From Nitrospirales bacterium (GTDB taxonomy: Bacteria > Nitrospirota > Nitrospiria > Nitrospirales > UBA8639), in NCBI GenBank assembly GCA_965203295.1, contig CBDBCZ010000009.1, positions 32,001-96,000 on the forward strand: a stretch of DNA of 64,000 nucleotides, written 5' to 3'. Position numbers and translations under genes: made by a program. The notes under the pieces were generated by a model. It saw only the letters and a program-made list of their open reading frames with translations. It was not told where the DNA came from and made no database searches. Each line of letters opens with the position of its first letter. The stretch's first letter is position 1. Positions 36,460 to 49,588 of the stretch are shown piece by piece.

Positions 36460-39400
36460 ATGATGGTACTACTCACACATCGCCAAGGTTGTTCCCCTGC
36501 AGAGGATTTGCACCCCTCTCAGGGCGGGAGATCATTGAGTGCACATAGGGCAAATCAAGTGCGTGGTTTTGCTAAGTGGTACCTGGCAACCTGGAATGTC
36601 AGGACGTTGCTAGATGTAGATGGAAGTATTGGGACCGCTAGACAGGGAAGTGAGGCTGGTGAAGTGAGTGTGGTAGATGAGAGGAAGATTGATCAGGTAG
36701 TGGGTGAGCTGGATAGGTACAAGGTGGTAGTGGGAGCTTTGCAGGAGACTAAGTGGTTTGGGAGCAATGTGTACAGAGTGGGAGAGAGTGTAGTCTTGAC
36801 AGCAGGTAGAGAGATTCCTACTGGAAGGGGGGTGAGGCAGAGGGGGGAGGGTGTTGCCATAGTGTTGTCAGGGCCAGCTGTACATGCTTGGAAGTCTGGT
36901 GGTAGCAAGTGGAGAGCTTGGAGTTCTAGGCTGGTCATAGCTACTTTGGATGTTGGAGGTGGTAATGGTGGTAAGCTGCATGTGCTATCCTGCTATGCTC
37001 CGACTTTTGCTGCCAGCAGGGATGAGAAGGATGCCTTTTTTGACACCCTTCAGCAGGCTCTCTCAGCAATCCCTGTAAATGAGTGCTATGTGATGATAGG
37101 GGACTTCAATGCTCGTGTGGGGTCTAGGCTTGAGGGTGACATGTGGTGGTATGAGAGGGGCCCTCACGGGTATGGAGATCTCAATGAGGCTGGGAGGGAG
37201 TTGCTGACTTTCCTTGCCATCAATGAGGCCACAGTCTGCAACACTTGGTTTATGAAGAGGGACATCAGCAAGCAGACCTGGCAGCATCCCAAATCCAAGC
37301 GATGGCACTGCATTGACTACGTGATCATGAGGAAGGCCCACAGGAGGAAGTGTCTGGATGTAGCTGTGGTGCGTGGGGCAGACTGCAACACTGATCACAG
37401 GATGGTGAGGATGAAGATGATTGTGGGAAGAAAGAGGGCTTATAGGAAGGAGCGAGTCAATGCAGGTGTGAAGAGGTGGGATGTTGCTAAGTTGCAAGGT
37501 GGCTGTGTGGATGTGAGGGGGAGGATGACGGCTAGAGGGAAGTACCTGAGTGGTCTGAAGGAGAGAGTGTCTGAGTCTTGGGTGGAGGAAGGGAGTGTGT
37601 CTGAGAAGTGGGAAGTGCTGAAGACAGCTATGTGTGATGAGGCTGAGGCAGTGTTGGGGTATGAGGATAGGAGGCAGCCTGACTGGTTCAGGGAGAGTGA
37701 GACGGCTCTCAGGCCACTGCTGGAGGAGAGGAACAGGCTGTATGCTTTGTGGCTGAGCACTGGTTGTGAGAGAGACAGGAAGAAGCATGCTGAGGCACGC
37801 AGGAGTGCAAGACGACAGGTGAGAGCTGCAAAGGATGCCTGGTTCCAGCGCAAAGCCATGGAGGCGGAGAGGGGTAGACATGGAGGGAAGTTGGTGTGGC
37901 GCTGTATCAGGGACATCCAGCGAGGAAGGAGGGGTCTTGTCCCTGTGCGCACAGCGACAGTGAGAGATGAGGAAGGGAATGTGTGTGATTCACCAAAAGA
38001 GCAGCAGCAGAGATGGAGACGGCACTTCACCAAGATCCTCAATATACAGAGTGAGTTTAGTGCTGAGGAACTGGAGAGGGTCAGACAGAGACCAGTGAGG
38101 CAGGACATGGAGGAGTTGCCGTCAGAGGAGGAATTGTTGCGTGCTGTGGGGAAGTTGAAGAATGGGAAGGCCGGTGGTGAGTCGGGCATACTCCCTGAGA
38201 TGGTCAAGGCTGCTTGCTGTGAGCCTGACTTCCTGGACAAGCTGGTTGAGTTGGTACAGGATGTGTGGAGGGAAGGTGCAGTGCCAAGCGACTGGTGTGA
38301 TGCCATCCTTGTTCCCATCCCAAAGAAGGGTGACCTCAGTAGCTGTGACAACTGGAGAGGGATCTCCCTTCTGGATGTGGTTGGGAAGGTGGTTGCTAGA
38401 GTGCTCCAGGAGAGGCTGCAGAAGATGGCTGAGGATGAGCTCCCAGAGTCACAGTGTGGGTTCAGGAAGAAGAGGAGCTGTGCAGACATGATCTTCGCTG
38501 TGCGCCAGCTGGTGGAGAAGTCGTGGGAGCACAAGTCTTGTGCCTTCTTCACCTTTGTGGATCTGAAGAAGGCCTATGACTCTGTGCCACGAGAGGCTCT
38601 GTGGGTGGCTCTAGGGAAGCTGGGAGTGCCAGAGAAGACAATTCAGCTCATCAGATCATTCCATCAGGACATGAGAGCTAGGGTTAGGCTGGATGGTGTG
38701 ATGCTGGAGGAGATCAGTGTGCAGAATGGCCTCAGACAGGGATGCTGCATGGCACCAGTGCTGTTCAACCTCTACACGTGTCTGGCTGTGGAGCGGTGGC
38801 TGGCTAGAGTGGATGGAGTGGATGGTGTGGGGCTCACTGTCAGATACAAGTATGATGGGAAGTTGTTCCGGAGGTACACCAGGAATGCACATGAGAGGAA
38901 GATCACAGAGTGCCAGTTTGCTGATGATGCAGCACTCCTGGCATCAACAAGATCTGGTGCAGAGAGGATGGCCCTGGAGTACCAAAGGACTGGCAGAGAT
39001 TTTGGCCTGACAGTGAGCATCCCCAAGACCAAACACATGGCAACTGGGAGGTTGGTGGAAGAGAGCGACCTAGAGCCGATAGCACTAGAGGGAGGGGATG
39101 TGACAGCAGTGGATGAGTTCCCCTACCTAGGTTCCATCATAGGTAGCTCAGGGAGGATGGGTGTTGACGTGGACAAGAGAGTGGCGCAGGCATCCAAGGC
39201 TTTTGGTGCCCTGAGGAAGTCTGTGTTTCTGGACAGGAGTCTGAGTCTGGCTACCAAGAGAAGGCTGTACGATGCCTGTGTCCTCTCCGTCCTCCTCTAC
39301 GGAGCTGAGTGCTGGATTCCCCTCAAGAAGAGTGCTAGGAAGCTGAACTCCTTCCACCATAGGTGCATCAGAACCATCCTTGGCATCTCCAACAGGCAGC

Positions 39401-39942
39401 AGTGGGCAGAACGTATCACAATGGCAGAGGTGAGGAAGCGATGGGGGGATGAGGAGACGGCAGCTGAGAAGGTGAGGAAGAGGAGGCTAGCTTGGCTGGG
39501 TCATGTGGCAAGGATGCCTGACCACAGGATCCCCAAGTCCATGCTGTTTGGCTGGCTGCCACAGGCACGTCCCCAGTGTGGTCCCAGGAGGAGGTGGAGA
39601 GATGTGGTGCGGACTGATCTCAAGGCCATCAGGGTAGAGGAGAGTGAGTGGTATGAGGAGGCACGGAGGTCTAGAGCAGGCTGGAGGGAGATGTGTAGGT
39701 TGGGGATGGAGAGTCACAGGGAGGCAGAGGTTGTGAGGAGGTCCTCAGCAGCCAAGGAAGTGGTGTGTGGGGTGTGCTCCAGGACCTTCAGGCGGGAGAG
39801 TGACAAGAAGCGGCACAAGTGTCTTGCTGAGAGGCAGAAGCCAGTGAGTGAACAGCGTGGGTCGGTCCAGTGTCTACAGTGCAAGGAGTGGTTTAGGAGC
39901 AGAGGTGGTCTAGCAGTCCACACCTGCAGGCCTGGTGGCTGA
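36460..39942 (+). CDS. LINE ORF: AP endonuclease, reverse transcriptase and two C-terminal zinc-finger-like motifs (about 1160 aa from the first ATG)
   Basis: ATWNVRTL, ALQETKW, CYAPT, GDFNARVG, IDY, TDH (APE); NWRGISLL, FVDLKKAYDSV, GLRQGC, QFADD, FPYLGS, WLGHVARM (RTE-type RT); CGVC..RHKC and CLQC..VHTC. Confidence 0.95.
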   Translation: MMVLLTHRQGCSPAEDLHPSQGGRSLSAHRANQVRGFAKWYLATWNVRTLLDVDGSIGTARQGSEAGEVSVVDERKIDQVVGELDRYKVVVGALQETKWFGSNVYRVGESVVLTAGREIPTGRGVRQRGEGVAIVLSGPAVHAWKSGGSKWRAWSSRLVIATLDVGGGNGGKLHVLSCYAPTFAASRDEKDAFFDTLQQALSAIPVNECYVMIGDFNARVGSRLEGDMWWYERGPHGYGDLNEAGRELLTFLAINEATVCNTWFMKRDISKQTWQHPKSKRWHCIDYVIMRKAHRRKCLDVAVVRGADCNTDHRMVRMKMIVGRKRAYRKERVNAGVKRWDVAKLQGGCVDVRGRMTARGKYLSGLKERVSESWVEEGSVSEKWEVLKTAMCDEAEAVLGYEDRRQPDWFRESETALRPLLEERNRLYALWLSTGCERDRKKHAEARRSARRQVRAAKDAWFQRKAMEAERGRHGGKLVWRCIRDIQRGRRGLVPVRTATVRDEEGNVCDSPKEQQQRWRRHFTKILNIQSEFSAEELERVRQRPVRQDMEELPSEEELLRAVGKLKNGKAGGESGILPEMVKAACCEPDFLDKLVELVQDVWREGAVPSDWCDAILVPIPKKGDLSSCDNWRGISLLDVVGKVVARVLQERLQKMAEDELPESQCGFRKKRSCADMIFAVRQLVEKSWEHKSCAFFTFVDLKKAYDSVPREALWVALGKLGVPEKTIQLIRSFHQDMRARVRLDGVMLEEISVQNGLRQGCCMAPVLFNLYTCLAVERWLARVDGVDGVGLTVRYKYDGKLFRRYTRNAHERKITECQFADDAALLASTRSGAERMALEYQRTGRDFGLTVSIPKTKHMATGRLVEESDLEPIALEGGDVTAVDEFPYLGSIIGSSGRMGVDVDKRVAQASKAFGALRKSVFLDRSLSLATKRRLYDACVLSVLLYGAECWIPLKKSARKLNSFHHRCIRTILGISNRQQWAERITMAEVRKRWGDEETAAEKVRKRRLAWLGHVARMPDHRIPKSMLFGWLPQARPQCGPRRRWRDVVRTDLKAIRVEESEWYEEARRSRAGWREMCRLGMESHREAEVVRRSSAAKEVVCGVCSRTFRRESDKKRHKCLAERQKPVSEQRGSVQCLQCKEWFRSRGGLAVHTCRPGG

Positions 39943-40244
39943 GTGCTGCTTGGCAATTTCGTGCACAAGACTTGCCGCCCTTAGGGGCATGCGTGGCCGT
40001 GAAACGGCAGCAGTTCAACAGGACAGGACAGGTGTGTGTGTGTGTGTGTGTGTGTGGGTGTGGGTGTGTGGGGGGAATAATTAAAAAAAAACAGGCTATG
40101 GCAGGGTACTTGTCCATTACTTGATGAGTTATTAAGGAAGACATACACTCATGTTGATCTTCCACAACTTGGGAATACATTCATACAATTGCAATGACAT
40201 CATGAAAATAGTTAAGAAACTTTCCCTTAGCAACCATTAGCCAG

Positions 40245-40800
40245 CACTACACCACGATTTTGTATGAAAATCTTCTGAATACATTTAGCCGATCTCTGAA
40301 ATTCTTCTGAAAGTTGCGTACTTCATACTAGAGAGGATTCTGAAAATCCTGAAGCTCTCTGAATTTCTTCTGAACAATATCTTGAAATACAGTTTGAACT
40401 CTTCAGAGATTCTTTTGGTTGAGTAGTAGAATTCATTTTTTATTTGCTGACATTTTGACTACAGTGTTGTAGTATTTTTCAATTAAACGCCTTGAAAAAG
40501 ACTACATGTACGTAGTCAAAATGTCGGCAATTAAAGAACTTCTGCTGAACTTCGGGTTGGAATTGAAGAAAAATTTGCGATGAATACAGTTTGTACACCT
40601 GAAATAATGTGAAGTATTTTTTCTGGCATTCTGAATCATTTCTGAACGAATTCAGAGTCTCTGTATTGTGTCTGAATTACAGTTTGAACATCTGAAAGCA
40701 GGTAAGGTATTTTTCAGACACTCTGAATTGTTTCTGAACACAATTCAGTTTCTTTTTTGTCTGTTGAGTATATCTAAAAATGTGTGAGCGTCTAAAATAC
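40245..40800. mobile_element. CACTA/EnSpm-like left end with TCTGAA/TTCAGA subterminal repeats
   Basis: Begins CACTACCACG; many TCTGAA/TTCAGA copies; right terminus not identified. Confidence 0.45.
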
Positions 40801-40893
40801 GCACTTAGTTACATTGGCTACATCATGTTTCTATTGATAAAGCTCACATACCCACACCCCACAATCATGACAGTACCCTGCATTCACCTAGTA

Positions 40894-41065
40894 CTGTCAC
40901 ACCATAAGTGGTCCCCCCCCCCCCCCCCCCAAAAGCGGTCCCCCTGACCATCTGTGGCAGAATAATTGGTCCCCCCGGACCATCTGTGGCACCGTATTAT
41001 GGTCCCCCGGGGTCCATCCGCGGCACTATAAGTAGTCTCCCCTTGCCGTAAATGGTCCCCCCATT
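40894..41065. mobile_element. Transposon end with tandem TGGTCCCC subterminal repeats
   Basis: TA|CTGTCACACCATAAGTGGTCCCC followed by about 5 GGTCCCC units; same terminus type as 34198. Confidence 0.5.
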
Positions 41066-42325
41066 AATATCTAGCTATTAATGCCATCTCCTCTGCAACA
41101 ATACTGATACTTTGCATGATGGAAGACAGTAAACTCTAGCTGTACGGTATTTAGCGGGCTGCAGACTTAAAAACTATACAGAACCCCTCCCATCTTTTTG
41201 ACCTCAAGCCATGTAGAGTCTACGCTACTCAACCCCACCATTGTTCGCTATAGCTCCTGGGCTATTGATTACTTCATACTCTCATTGTGTGAACACTCGA
41301 TTGGATATCTCTTCTTCGTGAGCTAAAGATAAAGGCCTTCTCTACCAGCTCCTCCTGATTCTCTTTGTCGTCCATCTAGTCCTCTGCCCCTATATTAAAG
41401 ACACTTTGCTATGTCCCAAATATGCTTTCTTTATACCCCTGAAATGAGAACACTCCTCCACTTCACAATGTCCCTAAGGTGTTCACATTAGAAAGGTTCC
41501 ACTGAGTGCTTGATTACTTCACTGTCTGCACAGCCTGCCCACTCAAAGCCATTATGGGTGGAATGGCAATGGCATATAGAACAGAAATTCTTATACTGTA
41601 GTCATGGCAACAGCGTGGTACAATGTAACAGAACAGTTAGGCTCATACTTGTCCAGAGGAGGTTGGATATGGTTTTCGCAATATCTCACCAGCAGGTCCA
41701 TATTGGTGTAGAATGGCCAATCTCAACGTGATCCCCGATGGAAGTCATTGGAGAGCGAATTGTTAGCACATTCAGGACTATCCACCAATAATGGTTCTGG
41801 GGATAAAATTTCATGCTATATCTACATACATATAGATGTGCTGGTGAGGTATATCCCCTAGGAACCATGTCCTACTTCCTCCAGACATATGGTTAGGGTA
41901 TGCACCTACGTATATATAACTCCACACTGTTCTGTTTACATGAAGAATCATTATAGCTAAGTAGGCAGGCTGTGCAGGTGGTATGCTGGTTCATAGTACA
42001 GTGAAGTAATCATGTGCTCACATAGTTGTGAAACTAGATGAATGCAGGGCATTGTGGGATGAGTGGGCATGCATGTATACGTGATCTACTGAGATTTGAT
42101 CTGGCCAATAAGGCCCATGTGTGGGATGTGAGCCCATGTAACTATTACATTTTAGGGTTTAGCCAATCATCATGGAGTACGGTAGTAGCCTTGTTCCCAG
42201 GCCTGTAACTTTTTCAGTTACACCAAAGCTGTCATGGGGCCTGGGATCTAAAGTCAGTTGCACGAGTAGAATGATAGTTTACATTATTTCCACAGCTAAC
42301 AAATTTTGTAGTTAACAATTGTTAG

Positions 42326-42708
42326 TGCTACTCACGTGACCTTCGACGAATCAGAAGTCTCAAACTCGATCACATGACCGCACGTTAAATCGCTTAATGC
42401 ACACTTAAGTGTGCGCTAAGTTGTTAATGCACACTTAAGTGTGCATTAACAAAATTAGTGCACACTTTTCTAAATAACGCCCAACAGAACCGTGGCTGTC
42501 TCAGGTCAGTGAGTGAACTAAATACTTTAGATACCAGTTGGCAGTGCATTACGTGATATAGTAGCGCGCTCGGACAATTAAGTAATGGTCTCGGGCGGAT
42601 AATGCACTCACCTTCGGCTCGTGCATTATCCGCCCTCGACCGTTACTTAATTGTCCTCGCGCGCTACTATATCACGTAATGCACTGCCAACTGGTATCTA
42701 AATATTAC
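42326..42708. mobile_element. Unclassified insertion with a 177-bp terminal hairpin (42526-42702) and a 28-bp perfect palindrome (42423-42450)
   Basis: TTTAGATACCAGTTGGCAGTGC...GCACTGCCAACTGGTATCTAAA; absent from the paralogous flanks at about 21250 and 54070. Confidence 0.7.
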
Positions 42709-42988
42709 TTAATTCCACAATTGTAGCTGTGGAATGTAAAATCCACACAGGAAACAGATCATTGCTCAGTCACTATAAATACGTAAGCAAAAATGGATAA
42801 AAAACACACAATTGAATTTGTTCACCTCTTTAAAGTTGATCACACATCTCATAGATGCCTGGCTCCTACAATGTATAATATAGTCAAACATCTTGGAGAG
42901 GTGCATGAGAGGCTGTTGTACAAACGTGTGTAAACTTGTATGGAGCTATTCTCATAGTAATTAAGGCAGGTTTCCTACCCCTATACAA

Positions 42989-43231
<243 letters not shown>

Positions 43232-45392
43232 GGATGCACACAGATGATTTCTTCCTGCCTACAATGCTGATCATCTATCCAGACTCATCCTGACTGATAC
43301 CTGTCATACGTACATACATGTACGTCCTCATTAAGTCATTGAAGGGAGAGGGTGAGTCTTCTTAGTTTGTGGACCGGCCATGGGTAGCCCCTGATGATCG
43401 GTCCTCTTGTTTAGTGGAGGAGAAAAGTGTTAGGGGAATGGGTTTGCCCTGTTTATTACCAGAGAGCGGAGTTGTGCAACCACAATGTCTTAGTGCACAA
43501 AGTATGTGGGACTCCAGCTACACGTACGTACAATGTAGCAAGTTTAATTAATGCCTTATTATGTCTATAGCTTGCTGCATATAATTACGTGCTCTGTGCA
43601 CACAGGAACAAACCTCCCTGTATATACACTAGCTGTATAAATTACAGCACTGCAAAAATATGTATTTGTTTTGACTACTTGCAATCATAGTCTTGTGAGC
43701 CAGCCGATATTAATTAGGGATTACCTGAATTGCGGATATCTGAGAGTTTACATAGGTCGGAGTTACAACAGCAAATTGCTATACAATTACCATGGCAACA
43801 ACATGGCATATACAGGAGTATCCCATACTGTTACCATGGCTGATATACAAGAATTCTTAGACTAACTGTCTCATTCTCAGCTAATCAGTGTACAGGTCAA
43901 CATATGTAATGAGGAGTAGCAACAAGAAATAGGTATTTTAATAATTATACTGTACAGCAAATTTTCTACTGTTGCTATCCCATTGAGGAGGCCTGGGATT
44001 GAATTCATAAGTAGGATGCCATGACTGATATGTACACGGGCATACTTGTACTAGTTAATTAAGAACAGTACCGGTATGTGGTATCAGTATAATCCCCCAC
44101 TTTTTCCCTTTCACATGGCACTATATAACTTCCTGGCCCTTTTTACACATTCTATCCTTTTCATGTCTCACTACACACGTCATGTAATTTGAAATTCATT
44201 TGTAATTTAGAAAGTGATTAGCACTTGGACCACATTCTTCCTTTTATATCATTGACATCATACACTAGTGTTTGGGAGGGTCTTGCGCTAGTGCTCAGCT
44301 TGCCCCAACACTAGTGCATGTTTATACATGCAAACATGTACATAGTGTTACAGTACTAGATCAGCCATCATCCTGTCATCCAACTTTGTTGGGGCTCGAG
44401 GAGTAAAATTGAATGGATTGAGGTCTGGAGATGAGAACAAATTTTGTTACTTGGCATGAGCTTGTGCATGAATGAATTCTTCTGTCAAATTATCAGGAGG
44501 CCTGGTTTTTCTTCTTATATAGAAATTACTCTCTGCCCACCAATAATTTGTTACTTATACATGTAGTTTAAAGCAATTTTAATAACCTTTTCAAATGTTT
44601 CAGAATGTGACTGTAGAATATATATAGTGTCCTCACTTTCAGAGATTTTCTTTGGCAGTACAATTCAATGATGTTCACAAAGTTCAATTCCAAATCTGAA
44701 TTTCAGCAGACGTTTCTATCCAACATTTTACTAGAGTGCAAAAACCACTTCAGACAGTACTGCTGAAATTGAGGTTGAACTAGAGCCTAGAAAATAGCTT
44801 CATTAATTGATTGAACATTGTAATGGCTCTGATACTGCGCTACTGTAGCTACTACATACAATACATAATTATTGTAATTTCTCACCGTGTTGCATAGCTA
44901 CATATCTTGTGACTAATTATAAGTACGTACCAAGACTCCTACACATACATGCCAGTGTTCTAATAGTGCGTGACATTTATCTGTAAGTTGTGGAAATAAT
45001 GACCATTGGCACAAGATTGATTGGTACTTTCCTCCTGTTATGCAATATTTGAAATTGTTACCCACCCATGCAAGGATTCCCTATGTGCAAATATGCACAT
45101 GTCATCTTGACTTCAGAACTTTGTTGGCTTGCGTAATTAAAATAATTTGCACAAAGAGAAACAGCTGTACACCAACAATACGGGTTTTGTTACAAACACA
45201 GAAACTATGGCAAACTACATTATAACCAAGAGACTGTAAATAAAAATATTCAGCCAAGGGCCAGCCCATCCCATGACAGGGAAAAAACTATGGTGCAATG
45301 TGAGGGAGTCAGCTGAAAAAATGTTCACCATAGAAAAACCCAAAATAAAATATTACAACAAACTATAAATATTATTTACAACACTCAAGTGA

Positions 45393-46487
45393 TTATTGCA
45401 CAAAGATCTCAATCAGTTCAATAGGAGAGTCCTCATTACTGAGTGACTGATCGCCACATATTCTCACTTCAATATCATCAGTTGTAGGCTCAATCAGACT
45501 TTTGCAAAAGTAGGGTGGACCATTGAGCTCACAGCAAGAACTTCCTGACCTACAGTCCTCTCCATCCCAGAGTGGGTCACCATCAAGGTAAAATACACCA
45601 GGACTCCAGCCACCAGTAATTCCAGTTTCACAGAAGTAATCCTGCCCCACAAAAGAGGGAATGGATTGTGTACTTTGACTATTGGTGCAAGGACAGACAT
45701 ATGCCCCATAAGATCCTAACTCCGAGCGTGAAGCAGCAAATGTCCAAACATGCTCTTTCTCTGTTACACGTATGATAACCACTCCATCCACATAGGGGTC
45801 CTCTATTCTAGTGTGCACTGAGCTGGAGTAGGCCCAAAATGCATTTGTATTTCCAACCTGGTAGCCTATAATTCTACCACAAATGTGAGAAAATGAGATA
45901 TTGTAAGTAGTAAAAGAGACTGAGCTGCAGCCACCAAACTCACTGGGTTGACCAGGACGTGGCACAGTTTCATTGGTTCTTCCACACGTCCTCACTGGCT
46001 CTGTGATCTCCCTCCATGCTGGTGGGCACTGGTGGGTAGGGTCAGTCATGTTGAGGTAGGCCACACGAGACCATCCTCCAACACTAGTACTGTTACAACC
46101 ACACACCCTGGCCATGTCGCAATAGACCCGAACAGCTGTTCCATTAGAGCTGGTGATCCAGTAATACTCTGACGGGAGTTGGGGGTCACACTGTGACACT
46201 TCAAGACAGGATGATGCCGGATTCTCCTGGACTTGACCTGGACAGGGTACATCAAGGATATCATTGCGAACAATGTTCAAAGCGTCTTCTGCGATTTCAG
46301 CTCTGGCCATCTCCAGTTGCTCCTCAGGAGGACAGACCAGACCCCCTCCCTCCAGTACTGTAGCAGAGTAACTCACGGGTAGTGAGTTGTTGTCATGCTG
46401 GCTAGTCACACCTTCCTGGCATGAAGTGAGCTGAAGTTCAGCAGCTAGAATGAGTGCAAGTACTGTGTACAAAATATTCCTACTCAT
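45393..46487 (-). CDS. Secreted family copy F (intact)
   Basis: MSRNILYTVLALILAAELQLTSC... IEIFVQ*; TATA at 46533-46539. Confidence 0.9.
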   Translation of the reverse strand: MSRNILYTVLALILAAELQLTSCQEGVTSQHDNNSLPVSYSATVLEGGGLVCPPEEQLEMARAEIAEDALNIVRNDILDVPCPGQVQENPASSCLEVSQCDPQLPSEYYWITSSNGTAVRVYCDMARVCGCNSTSVGGWSRVAYLNMTDPTHQCPPAWREITEPVRTCGRTNETVPRPGQPSEFGGCSSVSFTTYNISFSHICGRIIGYQVGNTNAFWAYSSSVHTRIEDPYVDGVVIIRVTEKEHVWTFAASRSELGSYGAYVCPCTNSQSTQSIPSFVGQDYFCETGITGGWSPGVFYLDGDPLWDGEDCRSGSSCCELNGPPYFCKSLIEPTTDDIEVRICGDQSLSNEDSPIELIEIFVQ

Positions 46488-49400
46488 TTTGGCTAAACAG
46501 CTTGAGTGTGATGGTTGTGAGTGGGACATGCCTTATATACTCTAAGAATGGACCAAATTAAGGCACATTCCAGTGGAGAGAGGCGGACATGTACAAATTA
46601 CCTGGCGCCACTGAAGATTAAAACAATACAGTGTACATGTATGGCGGGCAATTTCTGTGATAAATGGCTTTATTACAGCACACACACAGCAGCTGGGATG
46701 AAACACATTCCTGACATCCTAAGATAAGCATGAATTCAGTTACAGGAAAGCCATTATGCATTCTAAAAATAGTCACTTGATGAGGTAATGCAGCATTCTA
46801 CCTATCACTGTAGTGATAGGCACTGAATGCCATAGCAAACTTCAAACTACATACAATCAGACGTACGTATGAGCCCCCTTACAGCTAATGCCACCCATCA
46901 GCTCCTGTAATATACGTAGCAATATTCATTGAGAGTCACAATTCATAATTAACATTGCCAATCTGGACACAGAATGGAATGGGGAAGGAACAAGAATTGT
47001 TTTGTTGGCCACATGGCATGGCAAATTAATGAAAACATGTGACGGACATAATTAGCATGTTTTGGGTAGGAACATACAATATAGTGTAACGCAACAGCAG
47101 TTCACCTCTTATAGCCCACATGTCATTAAGTGATATTGTTGAGACGTGCTCAGTCGGCACATAAATATGTCTGTAGTAATGAGTTTAAGTGGCTTCGTGT
47201 AGAGCAATTAAGGAACACACACACTCACATCCATCTTTCGTGACTTGGGAATACGACTGCCATACATACTCTAAATTAAAAACAACAATAATGTTTCAAC
47301 ACAGTTTGGAGACGTTCCCTTAGCAACCAGTAGCCAGGAAAGCAGAGAGAGACCAGACTACACTGTACTGAAAGCAAACTCCAGACCATAGGGGTAGCCA
47401 GGCAATAGGAAAGAAAGCAGCAGATGCCACAGGGCAGAGGGAGATCATGCAGACTAACAAGATTCTTAAGTTCTATGCACATTGGCTAACTGAATATACT
47501 CATGTTGCTGCCGTAGCGCTTACGCCATTGACCACGCACCCACATACGCAGCTTACAAGATTCAAAAGTTTTATGCACATTGGTTGCTGCATGAAAACTT
47601 AACTAATATTGTACACACACATATATATGGAGGGGGGGAGTTTTGAAGAGTTCAGAACATTAGATGATATTAAGCACGTTATTATCCCATCCTCACCTAA
47701 TCAGGTGGGCAGGCTGTGCAGGCAGTTCACAATACAGTGAAGTAATCATACACTCGGGTAGTTGTGTACGAGGTGGATGTATGGCGGTGTCAAGCATGAT
47801 TGTGGGGTGAATGTGTGCAAGTGCATATATGTACAGATTGTCTAATTCTTCCATGTAAGTTTTCTAATGTTACCATACACACGGGACACTCCCAGAGCAC
47901 CATGTACTACACTCTCACATTCATCACACATAACTTACACTGCTTATCATCATTTGTATCCCTACGTATGTCTTTCTGACTCTTCATTCAGACCATTAGT
48001 ACCCGACCTAAACATAAATCGTGTTCCTGGATCCCCAACCCCCTGCATGCAAGTAATTCTTAATTTCTATTTTCTTACAAAAAGATTTGTACAGACTCAG
48101 TTTAACTTTACTATTAAAGCGATTAGTAAGCCTTTATATCTCAATGCTACATCTACTGTCTGTAAGAACAAACTTACATGGTAATCTTCAACTAATATTT
48201 TCTGACTGGTGGGTTTGGTGGGTTTCAAGCTGAAGGGTAGGGTCAGCCACACCACAGTCCCTTCCTCTTATTACTGTACTCATTTTTGTCAGCAATTGAT
48301 TATCATGACTGTCCTCACAGTACATTAGTTTAGTTGTGCATTATTTGCTTCTAAGCTCCAAATTGAAGAACTGGGGCCTAGAAATTAGGCTACATTAATT
48401 AGACATTGTAACAGACTATTTCCGGATATTGTGCTACCACATAATATGAATTATAGTAATTGCACACCTTGTTGCCATAGCTTCATATTTTGTGGCTGAT
48501 TATTTTCATGATGTCATTATGTTTATAGAATGTATTTCCAATTTGCTCATACTCGAGAGAGATCGACATGAGTGTATGTGTTCTTTAGTTGCTCTACAAG
48601 AAACCCTTTAGTACAGACATACTCATGTGCCCACTGAGCACGTCTCAACAAAATCAGCGATCAATTAATGTATGGAATGTAAGTGCTGCAATGCTCACTG
48701 TCAGTTAAACCTACATGGACTGTGTCCTAAGTACGTACATACGTACGTACGCACTAAAATCAAATGTTAAAGTTATAGCTCTTCCATATTATCATATTTT
48801 CTCATCCATTACCTGTAGAACTATCCAAAATGAGTACAGGAAGAGACTGTTGTGTGGCTGACCCTACTCAACCCCACCAAACCTTTTGCCTGTACATTAG
48901 AGGCATTGCTGTAATTCACAAGCAGATCTTTAAGGTTGACACAACCTGTTTGCTATTAGTAAACCTCCGTGCTAATTACGTAGATCACTGCCAATATCCT
49001 TACTTCCGGTACAAACCATTATGTAGTGCTGCCTACAGGAAGGACAGTTGTGCCGGAGAAGTTTTCCATACCAATAAAAGGCTTTGTACATTGCAGCTGA
49101 CATGTGAAAACAATATAGAGATGGGGCTGTGTATGTTGTGTTTATGCTATCTCTACACCTCAACGTGTTTGCTTGCTTTATGGCACTTCCATCCCTACAT
49201 CTTTTATTTAATTTTCAGTTTTTAGTAAGCTATTGGTAGTCTAGAGGCATTCAGTGCCTATCACTACAGTGATCAGTCATTACCTCATCAAGTGACTATT
49301 ATTAGAACGCACTGTGGCTTTCCTGTGATTGAATTCACGAGAATAAATGCCCTTATCTTGGAATGTGTATCATTCCAGCTGCTGTGTGTGTGTGTGTGCT

Positions 49401-49588
49401 CTAATGCAGCCATATCACTGTACTGTTTTAATTGCTCTACAAGAAACCCACTTAAACTCAGACATTCTCAAGTGCTTCATGAGCTAGTCTCAATAAAGGA
49501 CAGGTGGATTGTAAGATTCAAACTGCTGTAGTTTTCACAGGCACTTACCCTCCCCTGTCAGTGTCTTTCTCCAAAAATCTCTCTCTAG

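Noticed and set aside
36460..39942. RT next to hypervariable genes as a diversity-generating retroelement
   Set aside because: The RT is an APE-bearing LINE; there is no template/variable repeat pair, and loop variation involves indels and all bases rather than adenine-specific changes.
37063..39968. Long antisense and alternate-frame ORFs (272 aa, 370 aa and others) within the LINE
   Set aside because: Shadow frames of a GC/purine-rich coding strand; no motifs.
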